Positions 33,547 through 40,933 of a stretch of 43,823 nt of DNA are shown here, piece by piece; within the stretch, counting starts at the first letter, position 1, and every line of letters begins with the position of its first letter. A program made the position numbers and the translations under genes. The stretch comes from a virus. The DNA is taken from positions 1 through 43,823 of the IMG/VR virus record IMGVR_UViG_3300045988_085211. One strand, written 5' to 3'. Below the pieces are notes generated by a model that worked only from the letters and a program-made list of their open reading frames with translations, did not search any database and was not told the origin of the DNA.

Positions 33547-33834
33547 TCACAATACCGACTTTCCGAAGATTTTCCGAAAGTCCTCTCTGGTCCCATAATG
33601 TTCTTCGAAATATTTTTGTGCCATCTGCTTAAGCTTCAGATCTATTTCCGCAGCATTCTTTCCTGCCTGCGCTCCATTCGGATGTAGATCCGGCCGGAGC
33701 GGGATCACAAAACCATACTTCTCGCTATTCTTCCGGTTGGAACCGCACCAGATATGGTGCCTCTCCACCGGAGCTGTTCCAGTAAAATAGCAGTGGTCCA
33801 TATCATCCGTAAATACGCTCCAGAGCCTTTTCAT
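33547..33834 (-). CDS. Small Cys/His protein (HNH/NinG-like, tentative)
   Basis: ATGA overlap with the upstream stop; HCYFTG..ERHHIWCGSNRK..PLRPDLH. Confidence 0.4.
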   Translation of the reverse strand: MKRLWSVFTDDMDHCYFTGTAPVERHHIWCGSNRKNSEKYGFVIPLRPDLHPNGAQAGKNAAEIDLKLKQMAQKYFEEHYGTREDFRKIFGKSVL

Positions 33835-34364
33835 GCTGCACCCCATTCCTGCTTCATGCGTTCCAATTCATCCGGTGTAGCTGTCTCAATTCCAAGCTCC
33901 TGCGCCTCTTCAACGATGCGGTCAATAAAGCGGCTCATTTCTGCGGTGTTGTATTCGCTCGATCCCTTAATCATCAGATAGGATGCAAAATTGCCGTTAT
34001 CTTTAATATGTTTCCAATGGCCAGACACCTTTGCCATGTCTACTGTCTTTTTAACTGTAATAGTGATATATCCGCTTTCATCCTCGTAAAACGTGCCGTA
34101 CTTCTGGAGCATATCCTCGTATACATCTTCTTTACTGGAAGAGATATCCGGATGGTTGGCAATCTTGGTCATAAGCACCCATGCATAAGCATTAGCATCA
34201 AGGCTCCGCTTCTGGCGGTACTTAACCGCCTTTATCCGAAGCAGATCATATTTTTTCACGCTTTCAATCTGTCCGGATGCCGAAGCATCAACCTCGAAAG
34301 TGAGGATGATGCTATTTCCGTCAAATGTCCGGCTGGCTCCGGTAAGCTTTCCAGTAGTTTCCAT
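33831..34364 (-). CDS. NinB/Orf-like recombination mediator (tentative)
   Basis: KRSLDANAYAWVLMTKIA motif resembles NinB; lies adjacent to ERF. Confidence 0.35.
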   Translation of the reverse strand: METTGKLTGASRTFDGNSIILTFEVDASASGQIESVKKYDLLRIKAVKYRQKRSLDANAYAWVLMTKIANHPDISSSKEDVYEDMLQKYGTFYEDESGYITITVKKTVDMAKVSGHWKHIKDNGNFASYLMIKGSSEYNTAEMSRFIDRIVEEAQELGIETATPDELERMKQEWGAA

Positions 34365-35029
34365 TAGGCATCAGCTTCTTTCTTTTTCTTGTACCAAAAC
34401 TCTACCTGCTCGATGAGCTTGTCTGCCAGCTCGGTAGAAATATCACCTGTACCGTTATAGTGGTATGTTTTCTTTAACATATCAGTAACATCTGATTCCT
34501 TGGTGTTTTTACACATTCCGGCGTATGCCATAATAAATTCATTAAGTTTTCTCAACTGTTCCGGTGTTGCCGGATTAAACTGTGGCTTCTCCGTGTCCGG
34601 TGTTTCTTCATCCGGGTCCTTCATTTCTTCTGTCGGAATACAAAACACTTGGAAGCACGCATACTTAAATGCAATAGCCATAGCCTTATTGGTTGCCTTG
34701 TCTCCGGAATCCATTCCCTCACCGACGGTTACCGCTTCGATGCAGGAACCGTCCTCGGCATAAAAGGTGTACTTGATCCGACACACTGAATAAATCAATG
34801 CCCCACCGCTTTTCGTTGTGCGTTCTTCCCTCGACTGGTCCAGCACTTCCGGCACAATAAACACATGGTTTTTGGTCAATGCAGGGTTAATTGCATTCAT
34901 CACCGCATCAATGCCACGGTATTTAAAACCCTGCTGTTTGTTAACTGCATCCTTGCCGACGGCCCCGATCTCTTCCATGCATCGGGAAATGGCTTCGTAA
35001 ATATTCATTTTCTTTGCTGTCTCTGCCAT
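34364..35029 (-). CDS. erf: ERF-family single-strand annealing protein
   Basis: GFKYRGIDAVMNAINPAL ... GEGMDSGDKATNKAMAIAFKYA signature. Confidence 0.85.
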   Translation of the reverse strand: MAETAKKMNIYEAISRCMEEIGAVGKDAVNKQQGFKYRGIDAVMNAINPALTKNHVFIVPEVLDQSREERTTKSGGALIYSVCRIKYTFYAEDGSCIEAVTVGEGMDSGDKATNKAMAIAFKYACFQVFCIPTEEMKDPDEETPDTEKPQFNPATPEQLRKLNEFIMAYAGMCKNTKESDVTDMLKKTYHYNGTGDISTELADKLIEQVEFWYKKKKEADA

Positions 35030-35031
35030 TC

Positions 35032-35895
35032 TTATACCCTCCGGAATTTAATGCCGTACTCACGCATGGCAGATTCAAGCTGTGCAATCTGGAATAAATC
35101 AGCAATAACTTCATACCGTACTGTATTTCCAGCCGGTACGGATGCTGCAGATTCTTCTTTTGGCTCTTTGGTTGGAACCGCAGGAATAACCGGAACAGCA
35201 CTTCCGGAAGGTTCTTCTTTTTCTTCCTCTGCTTCGATTCTTTCCTCGCGCTCTTTCTCTCTGCGCAGGATCTCTTCTTTCTGTTTCTGGAACTGATTCA
35301 TTGTTGCAATAGCAACAGACAGCTCTAACGTAGCTTTATATCGCTCAATACCCTTATCCTCATACTCGGATTCCATGCTACGGATAGTTGTAAGATCTGT
35401 CTCCACGTGGGTCATGCGCTCAGTAATCGCTTCTGTTATAGCTTTCTTGGTAGTGGTAGCATTTTCCCAACGTTTATCGTAAATCTTCTGTAATGGCAAA
35501 TACTCGGCAGCTTCTGCATGTTCGGCAGCAATGCCTGTATAAATGTCCTTGATCAGTGCTCTCTTTTCCTCAACGCGTTTACGCTCAAACTCTTCTATCT
35601 GTTCATTGATAAATTTGATAGGCTCATCCACCTGCTTCTTCAATTCATTAACTTTCACTTCGAAAGCGTCACATGGTGCCATATATGCTTTCTTTACTTC
35701 CTTGCGCTTGTCATCCAAAGCTTTATTAAATTTTCTAAGGTATGCAACCGTATCCTTAGCATCTTTCTTGGAATCTTCGGTAAAAACCATTTTCTTATAT
35801 GTATCAAGCTCTGCTGCCAAAGCCGCCTTAATACTGTCAAAATTGGCATCAATAGTTCCGTTCTGTAACTGTACTGATAAGTTAAGTTTCTGCAT
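35032..35895 (-). CDS. DUF1351-like protein (ERF-associated)
   Basis: 287 aa; N-terminal region as in DUF1351; conserved pairing with ERF. Confidence 0.7.
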   Translation of the reverse strand: MQKLNLSVQLQNGTIDANFDSIKAALAAELDTYKKMVFTEDSKKDAKDTVAYLRKFNKALDDKRKEVKKAYMAPCDAFEVKVNELKKQVDEPIKFINEQIEEFERKRVEEKRALIKDIYTGIAAEHAEAAEYLPLQKIYDKRWENATTTKKAITEAITERMTHVETDLTTIRSMESEYEDKGIERYKATLELSVAIATMNQFQKQKEEILRREKEREERIEAEEEKEEPSGSAVPVIPAVPTKEPKEESAASVPAGNTVRYEVIADLFQIAQLESAMREYGIKFRRV

Positions 35896-36055
35896 ATTTA
35901 AAATCCTCTACTTTCATTGTTATCTGGCCAGATGCATCGCACGCAAACAGTGCCATGAATCTGCTTTCCTTTAATTTGCTTTTTTCCTGGCAATCACATG
36001 GTTCCCCAGGATCAAGATTCGCACCACAATGCGAACACGTTCTGTAATATCCCAT
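35882..36055 (-). CDS. 57-aa zinc-ribbon-like small protein
   Basis: Below the cutoff; TAATG coupling upstream; CSHCG..CDC. Confidence 0.45.
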   Translation of the reverse strand: MGYYRTCSHCGANLDPGEPCDCQEKSKLKESRFMALFACDASGQITMKVEDFKYAET

Positions 36056-36231
36056 TACTCAATCACCTTCCGGAAGCAAGACACCATACAATCTTCACAG
36101 TAAATCTTGCCGCCGATATCGTAATAAAAATCATCTTGTATTGGTTCTTCGCAGCACTCGCATAATGGCCGTTCTTCCAATTTGCTCTCCATTTCTGCCT
36201 CATGCTGTTCAAACAAATCATAATTATCCAT
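36055..36231 (-). CDS. 58-aa Cys-rich (CECC..CEDC) small protein
   Basis: Below the cutoff; its stop overlaps the next ATG; the SD spacing is long (13 nt). Confidence 0.4.
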   Translation of the reverse strand: MDNYDLFEQHEAEMESKLEERPLCECCEEPIQDDFYYDIGGKIYCEDCMVSCFRKVIE

Positions 36232-36318
36232 TCATTTTGAATTTTCACCTTGCAAACGCTTATAATATCCATTACACTAAAAATGAAATATTTTATTGAA
36301 TTTATTTCTTTGATGGAA

Positions 36319-36480
36319 TCACTCTCTTGGACGGTGGGTTGGTTCCATCTTTTTCATTTCAGCATCAAGCATCTCTTGGAAATCCCCTTCGCTCTCTTTT
36401 CCCTTACGCGGGTACGTTGGATTCTGGTAATGCTTTCTGTACTGGTCTTCCGGATATGGTATTGCGCCGCAGATGTTCAC
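36319..36480 (-). CDS. 53-aa small protein (GTG start)
   Basis: Below the cutoff; RBS AAAGGAGA 6 nt before the GTG, directly after the upstream stop. Confidence 0.45.
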   Translation of the reverse strand: MNICGAIPYPEDQYRKHYQNPTYPRKGKESEGDFQEMLDAEMKKMEPTHRPRE

Positions 36481-36491
36481 TCTTTCTCCTT

Positions 36492-36704
36492 TCAACTTGC
36501 TTTGCGAAGGTTCTTGATTCGCTGTTCTGCATCTTTGCGCTCTTTTTCAAGCCGTTCTGATGCGTATGATGCCCACAACATCATGAGACCCACAACAATC
36601 ATTGCCACAGTCAGAACCACACCAGTCACTGTCTCGGATGCTGTTGCAGCCATGCCATACATCAGAAGTGCTGCTCCGCATGTGTTAATAATTTTTCTTT
36701 TCAT
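36492..36704 (-). CDS. Small two-TM membrane protein
   Basis: 70 aa; RBS AGGAGA; hydrophobic core followed by a charged tail. Confidence 0.6.
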   Translation of the reverse strand: MKRKIINTCGAALLMYGMAATASETVTGVVLTVAMIVVGLMMLWASYASERLEKERKDAEQRIKNLRKAS

Positions 36705-36713
36705 GTTTCTCTC

Positions 36714-36962
36714 CTATTCCGGTATATCCTTAAATGCAACCGTAATCTGCAATCCCAATTCGTCCGCCATAAGATAAAAATTTCTGACACTCATGGTCTC
36801 CGGTTTATTGAACCAGTTCTGAATTGTCTTTTCTGTTACTCCAAACTTCGGAGCCAGATCGGATGTTTTCTTATGCTTCTGCGCCTGTCCACCTGCAAGC
36901 ATCCCGCAAAGATAATCCATGCGGCGCTTGGTAAGGCTCTGTGCAAGATTTGTTTTTGGCAT
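36714..36962 (-). CDS. Small HTH DNA-binding protein
   Basis: 82 aa; TSDLAPKFGVTEKTIQNWFNK helix-turn-helix. Confidence 0.6.
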   Translation of the reverse strand: MPKTNLAQSLTKRRMDYLCGMLAGGQAQKHKKTSDLAPKFGVTEKTIQNWFNKPETMSVRNFYLMADELGLQITVAFKDIPE

Positions 36963-36971
36963 TCTCCCACG

Positions 36972-37014
36972 CTCCTTTCTGTTACTTTTTCTCCTTTTGT
37001 GATATGCTTAATAA
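36972..37014 (-). repeat. 43-bp purine-rich leader repeat, copy A
   Basis: 40/43 ungapped identity with 37698-37740; lies immediately upstream of the 36714-36962 gene. Confidence 0.8.
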
Positions 37015-37029
37015 AAGGAGGATTTATCA

Positions 37030-37545
37030 ATGTATCTGTTAACCATTTTTTTAGTAGTTGTAATCATAAAATTTGTTTTAAATCTTTCTAGGCTTATTTC
37101 AACCTATATAATGTTTGCCATTTTTCGTAAACGCCCTAAAAATTTAGCTCAATATTGTCCGTTTGTAACATCATTATTTAATTCTGCCGGAACACAACAA
37201 ATCATTATTTCTACTATTGATTCTTATGGTATCAATGTAGGCAGCAGAGATTATATTTCAAACTCATTAACCCGTTCCGACACCTATGATGAAATTTACA
37301 CAATTTTCGAAAGAACAATTGGTGTTTATAAATTCCGCATGTTACAAACTATCAATCCTTTTTACTGGCTTTTTCTACCTAAATACATACTTGAAGATTT
37401 CAGGATTACAATTCCTAGAATTGGACAGTCAATATTAAATCTGTTCTATTGGATTATTGGTTTTGCCGGAACATACTTTCTTGAAAAATATCTGGATTCC
37501 CATTTTCATGATTTCTTTCAGCATATAATTGATATGCTTCCGTGA
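37030..37545 (+). CDS. Opposite-strand AT-rich membrane protein (moron), function unknown
   Basis: Strong RBS AAAGGAGG; 171 aa with N- and C-terminal TM segments; embedded in the - strand early operon. Confidence 0.6.
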   Translation: MYLLTIFLVVVIIKFVLNLSRLISTYIMFAIFRKRPKNLAQYCPFVTSLFNSAGTQQIIISTIDSYGINVGSRDYISNSLTRSDTYDEIYTIFERTIGVYKFRMLQTINPFYWLFLPKYILEDFRITIPRIGQSILNLFYWIIGFAGTYFLEKYLDSHFHDFFQHIIDMLP

Positions 37546-37690
37546 TAAAACTTCTAATCTCACTACGTTCTCTGCGGCTTGCAGTTTTCCGAAGCCGAAT
37601 TACTTCGTCAAACATTGCCTGATACAATACAGCATCTACTTTTTCTGTATTCGTTTCTGCAAATACCGGCTCATTTAAATACTCCGTCAT
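37454..37690 (-). CDS. Hypothetical early protein (3' end overlaps the convergent + strand gene by 92 nt)
   Basis: RBS GGGAGA; 78-aa ORF. Confidence 0.5.
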   Translation of the reverse strand: MTEYLNEPVFAETNTEKVDAVLYQAMFDEVIRLRKTASRRERSEIRSFITEAYQLYAERNHENGNPDIFQESMFRQNQ

Positions 37691-37697
37691 TACTCAT

Positions 37698-37740
37698 CTC
37701 CCTTCTGTTACTTTCTCTCCTTTTGTGATATGCTTTATAA
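37698..37740 (-). repeat. 43-bp purine-rich leader repeat, copy B
   Basis: 40/43 identity with 36972-37014; lies immediately upstream of the 37454-37690 gene. Confidence 0.8.
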
Positions 37741-37752
37741 TTTGCGCTCTTG

Positions 37753-37956
37753 TTATAAGCACAATCTCACTATTACTGTCACTATCTGCACTATGAGTGC
37801 CACAAAACTAAGGACTATTGAGAGATATGGGTATCGGTATATGAATGGCACGCCATCATTATATTTTTTTAAGCATTTATGAAGTTTCCTCATCTTCTTG
37901 CCATCTCTCAATGGGTCAGCATCCTGCATCGCATCCCATAATTCCCAGTGCGTCAT
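37753..37956 (-). CDS. Small protein with C-terminal TM helix
   Basis: 67-aa ORF; LSIVLSFVALIVQIVTVIV. Confidence 0.5.
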   Translation of the reverse strand: MTHWELWDAMQDADPLRDGKKMRKLHKCLKKYNDGVPFIYRYPYLSIVLSFVALIVQIVTVIVRLCL

Positions 37957-38013
37957 CTCTTCGTATGATTTGATGTTCTCACGCTCCTTTCTACTGTTAT
38001 CTAAATGGTTTTC

Positions 38014-38053
38014 CTAAAATTGGTACAAAATTTGCTTTTCATTATGATAAGTT
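38014..38053 (+). promoter_or_regulatory. Conserved CTAAAATTGGTACAAAA element (copy d) with TATGAT 17 nt after TTGGTA
   Basis: Same 16-17-nt element as copies a-c, but on the + strand upstream of the 38119 gene. Confidence 0.5.
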
Positions 38054-38118
38054 GTTAAAGGGTACTCTCCCTTAAGGCTTTCCACGGAAAATCTTGCCTT
38101 GGATGGGAGGTGATACAT

Positions 38119-38319
38119 ATGACTTCTCTTTCTGAGAAAGCTTTAAAACTTCTTCAAGCTAAAGCCGATACAGGAGTGACCGAATTTCACGATCTCGATA
38201 TCATGATTCCTCTTGGTCTTTCCTTTCCGGTTGTCAGTAACGTAATTGCTGAACTTGAAAAAGAAGGATGCATAGATGTTGACCGTCAATATGTCCGCTC
38301 ACGTATTACATTGATCTGA
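38119..38319 (+). CDS. Small winged-helix-like protein on the + strand
   Basis: RBS GGGAGGTGA 7 nt before the ATG; 66 aa. Confidence 0.55.
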   Translation: MTSLSEKALKLLQAKADTGVTEFHDLDIMIPLGLSFPVVSNVIAELEKEGCIDVDRQYVRSRITLI

Positions 38320-38345
38320 CTTCTATGCTTGATAGTCCTAAGTGT

Positions 38346-38570
38346 TCACAGCGCTTGGGAATATTTTTCTGTCTCTACGAAATCCGCCGGCGAAATTTCG
38401 AGATACTTGCAAATTGCAAGGAACTCACCAGCTCTCAACGGTCTTGCGCGATTGGCATTCGAAAAACTATCATAAAGCTTCATATATGAAATTCCTGTTT
38501 TTCTTGATAATTCGGCTAAACCAATGCCTTTGCGCTTAATCGCATCAGCTACATTACTTTCTAGCGACAT
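38346..38570 (-). CDS. XRE-family HTH protein (second early regulator)
   Basis: GIGLAELSRKTGISYMKLYDSFS HTH; RBS AAGGAGA. Confidence 0.7.
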   Translation of the reverse strand: MSLESNVADAIKRKGIGLAELSRKTGISYMKLYDSFSNANRARPLRAGEFLAICKYLEISPADFVETEKYSQAL

Positions 38571-38590
38571 ATTCACTCTCCTTTCCGTCG

Positions 38591-38605
38591 TGCACGTTTT
38601 GTGCT
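38591..38605. promoter_or_regulatory. Operator-like inverted repeat TGCAC-N5-GTGCT (O3)
   Basis: TCGTGCACGTTTTGTGCT is nearly identical to the site at 38828-38845. Confidence 0.5.
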
Positions 38606-38606
38606 C

Positions 38607-38807
38607 TTATTGGTCAAAAAAAATAAAGTTGACTGATCTTTTGTAATACTTTGCGAGCCTCATTTTAATATCATCACGAGGTATACGCTCTCCCTGCTCA
38701 TACATTGCCAAAGCAGAAGTACTTATTCCACAAGCTTTCGCAACCGTATCTCTGCTTTTATCTCCTCTTAATTTGAGGAGACGTTCTGCAATCGCTTGTT
38801 TATTCAA
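38607..38807 (-). CDS. Cro-like XRE HTH protein (TTG start)
   Basis: RBS TAGGAGGTGGGAGA before the TTG; first gene of the leftward early operon; HTH DTVAKACGISTSALAMYEQG. Confidence 0.7.
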   Translation of the reverse strand: MNKQAIAERLLKLRGDKSRDTVAKACGISTSALAMYEQGERIPRDDIKMRLAKYYKRSVNFIFFDQ

Positions 38808-38830
38808 TCTCCCACCTCCTATATTTTTCG

Positions 38831-38845
38831 TGCACGTTTCGTGCT
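38831..38845. promoter_or_regulatory. Operator-like inverted repeat TGCAC-N5-GTGCT (O2)
   Basis: Lies between the leftward -10 box and the cro RBS. Confidence 0.5.
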
Positions 38846-38852
38846 TAGTTTT

Positions 38853-38881
38853 AATATACACGTACTGTGCACACATGTCAA
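38853..38881 (-). promoter_or_regulatory. Leftward early promoter
   Basis: TTGACA (38881-38876), 17 bp, TATATT (38858-38853). Confidence 0.65.
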
Positions 38882-38895
38882 GCACAATTTGTGCA
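38881..38895. promoter_or_regulatory. Operator-like inverted repeat AGCAC-N5-GTGCA (O1)
   Basis: Abuts the -35 box of the leftward promoter. Confidence 0.5.
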
Positions 38896-38903
38896 TTTTT
38901 TTG

Positions 38904-38932
38904 TTTACTTTAATACACGATGCGTGTATAAT
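38904..38932 (+). promoter_or_regulatory. Rightward repressor promoter overlapped by the 17-bp palindrome ATACACG-ATG-CGTGTAT
   Basis: TTTACT, 17 bp, TATAAT; the palindrome at 38913-38929 spans the spacer and part of the -10 box. Confidence 0.55.
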
Positions 38933-38961
38933 ATGCTTAAAGATATACGGAGGTATTAAGC

Positions 38962-39285
38962 ATGGCTCAATTTGATAAGATATTAAAATTATTGAGAAAT
39001 GAGAAAAATATGTCCCAGCAAGAACTCGCTGATGCTCTTGGAATATCAAAAAGTTCTATAAATATGTATGAGCGGGGTGAACGGCAACCGAATTTTGAAG
39101 TGTTAGAAGCAATTGCCGATTTCTTCAATGTAGATATTGATTATTTGTTAGGGCGAACAAACAAAACAACCAAAATAATAAATCCAAACACCATCGCCGC
39201 ACACTTCGATGGCGATGAGTACACCCCAGAGGAACTTGATGAAATCAAAGCCTTTGCAGAATTTGTTAAGTCAAAAAGAAAGTAG
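38962..39285 (+). CDS. CI-like XRE-family repressor
   Basis: MSQQELADALGISKSSINMYERGERQP HTH; divergent from cro; followed by the ImmA-like gene. Confidence 0.85.
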   Translation: MAQFDKILKLLRNEKNMSQQELADALGISKSSINMYERGERQPNFEVLEAIADFFNVDIDYLLGRTNKTTKIINPNTIAAHFDGDEYTPEELDEIKAFAEFVKSKRK

Positions 39286-39335
39286 TCCTTTTTATAGGAC
39301 AGTAGATAATTTAAGATGCGGTGGAGGTGATTATA

Positions 39336-39812
39336 ATGAATAAATTCGAAGAATTATGTCAAACCGCTTCTGATACAAATGTAGATATCATTGATTATTC
39401 TTTTACCAGTAAGCGAATCAAAGGATTATATTGCGACGGTACTATTGCACTTAACCGTGATATGTACATAGAAACCGAAAAAGCTTGTGTGCTTGCAGAA
39501 GAATTGGGACACCACTACACAACAGTTGGAGATATTATGGATCAGACAGATACGGCAAACCGAAAGCAGGAACGACGTGCCCGAATCTGGGCGTACCACA
39601 AACTACTCTCTCTTAATGATCTGGTTGATTCATACAAGCATGGGTGTCAAAACCAATTTGAGATTGCCGAACATCTAAACGTCACAGAAGAATTCCTTAT
39701 GGATTGTTTAAGCTACTATAAGGAAAAATATGGTCTTTATGTCAGACAAGACAATTATGTAATATACTTTGAACCATTAGGAATATTGGATATTTACGAA
39801 ATGAGAAAATAA
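39336..39812 (+). CDS. ImmA/IrrE-like (DUF955) protein with variant metal motif EELGHH
   Basis: Position directly after the XRE repressor; LAEELGHHYT occupies the place of HExxH. Confidence 0.6.
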   Translation: MNKFEELCQTASDTNVDIIDYSFTSKRIKGLYCDGTIALNRDMYIETEKACVLAEELGHHYTTVGDIMDQTDTANRKQERRARIWAYHKLLSLNDLVDSYKHGCQNQFEIAEHLNVTEEFLMDCLSYYKEKYGLYVRQDNYVIYFEPLGILDIYEMRK

Positions 39813-39846
39813 TATCTTCTCGATTTTGTGAAAGAAGGTGTACCAC

Positions 39847-40911
39847 ATGAAGAAAAAGCATGGAATATTATGGTATATTGTAGTTTTTCCCTTTATTGCA
39901 CCATTTTATTTAGCCTACTACATTTTTTTATTTTTCATATCACTTAGTATATATATGATACAATTGCCTTTTCGTATATGCCAAATATGTTTTAAGCAAA
40001 TTGTACAATTGTTTAAAATTCCGTTTTCTCATAAGGAAACTGTTACTAATGGGATTGAATATGAACAATATTGTGCCAATTACTTAAACAGGCATGGATA
40101 TCGAAATGCCAAAGTAACAAAGGCAAGCGGCGATCATGGTGTTGATGTTATAGCATATAAAAGAGGTAAAAAATACGCAGTTCAATGTAAATATTATTCC
40201 TCTCCAGTAGGCAATAAAGCAATTCAAGAAGTTTATACTGGAATTGCTTTATATGATTGCAATCATGGAATTGTTATCACAAATTCAACCTTTACAAAAC
40301 AGGCGAAAGCCGAAGCTTCAAAACTCGGGATAAAACTTATGCCTATGGTTGAGCCACAAGGAAAGCTTTTCCCTGTAAAGTCAATACTTGCGTTTATTAT
40401 TTTTATACTGTTTTTGGTGTATCCCAAAGAAGTAATTATATTTCTTTCAATTATATTCTTCATGATTCTTGTTTACTATTTAGGACGTAGAACATATTTG
40501 AAAATGAAATACAAGGTTCCCGAACAGGAAACATTTAATTCGAAGTGGGACCTCGAAGAAAAACAACCTTCAACTGAAATTGAGCCAACTTTAACTTTTG
40601 AAAATACAGTTGAAAAAGATCTTTCATATATTTCCGAGGTCGATCCATATACCACTCTTAATCAGGAGAAATGTGAGGAAAAAATAATTACTGAGCAGCT
40701 TACTGAACAAGTTTCTGAACAAGTTTCTGAACAGGTTTCCAATCATGATCGTAGCGAAACCAAACATAAAGAACCAAAGCGTTCCAATAATTCAAGTAGA
40801 AGTATAACCACAAAGCCCAAACCTCCCCTTTCTAGATACGATTTGGAAAGGTACGCTGTTATGTGCAATGCTGATTTAGAACATAAAGATGAAATGGAGC
40901 AATATAAATAA
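39847..40911 (+). CDS. Membrane-embedded Mrr_cat-type restriction-endonuclease-domain protein
   Basis: GDHGVDVIAY..YAVQCKYY..GIVITNSTFTKQA core flanked by TM helices on both sides; acidic repeat tail. Confidence 0.7.
   Translation: MKKKHGILWYIVVFPFIAPFYLAYYIFLFFISLSIYMIQLPFRICQICFKQIVQLFKIPFSHKETVTNGIEYEQYCANYLNRHGYRNAKVTKASGDHGVDVIAYKRGKKYAVQCKYYSSPVGNKAIQEVYTGIALYDCNHGIVITNSTFTKQAKAEASKLGIKLMPMVEPQGKLFPVKSILAFIIFILFLVYPKEVIIFLSIIFFMILVYYLGRRTYLKMKYKVPEQETFNSKWDLEEKQPSTEIEPTLTFENTVEKDLSYISEVDPYTTLNQEKCEEKIITEQLTEQVSEQVSEQVSNHDRSETKHKEPKRSNNSSRSITTKPKPPLSRYDLERYAVMCNADLEHKDEMEQYK
40705..40740 (+). repeat. 12-bp x3 in-frame tandem repeat (EQVS)3
   Basis: GAACAAGTTTCT GAACAAGTTTCT GAACAGGTTTCC. 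Confidence 0.9.
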
Positions 40912-40933
40912 TTATTTTTTCAATTAAAAACCG

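Noticed and set aside
34389-34399. Further partial matches to the TTGGTACAA core (34389-34399, 4738-4748, 6011-6021, 7333-7341)
   Set aside because: Each has at least one core mismatch, no matching flank and no -10-like box at the fixed spacing, and lies in coding sequence. They are treated as chance.
36063-36272. Listed 69-aa - strand ORF
   Set aside because: Alternative frames in the same stretch give two Cys-rich ORFs linked by TAATG stop/start coupling. The listed frame has no coupling or RBS support.
36250-36777. Listed 175-aa + strand ORF
   Set aside because: It is antisense to three well-supported - strand genes, has no SD, and has the hydrophobic Leu/Ser/Phe-rich shadow composition.
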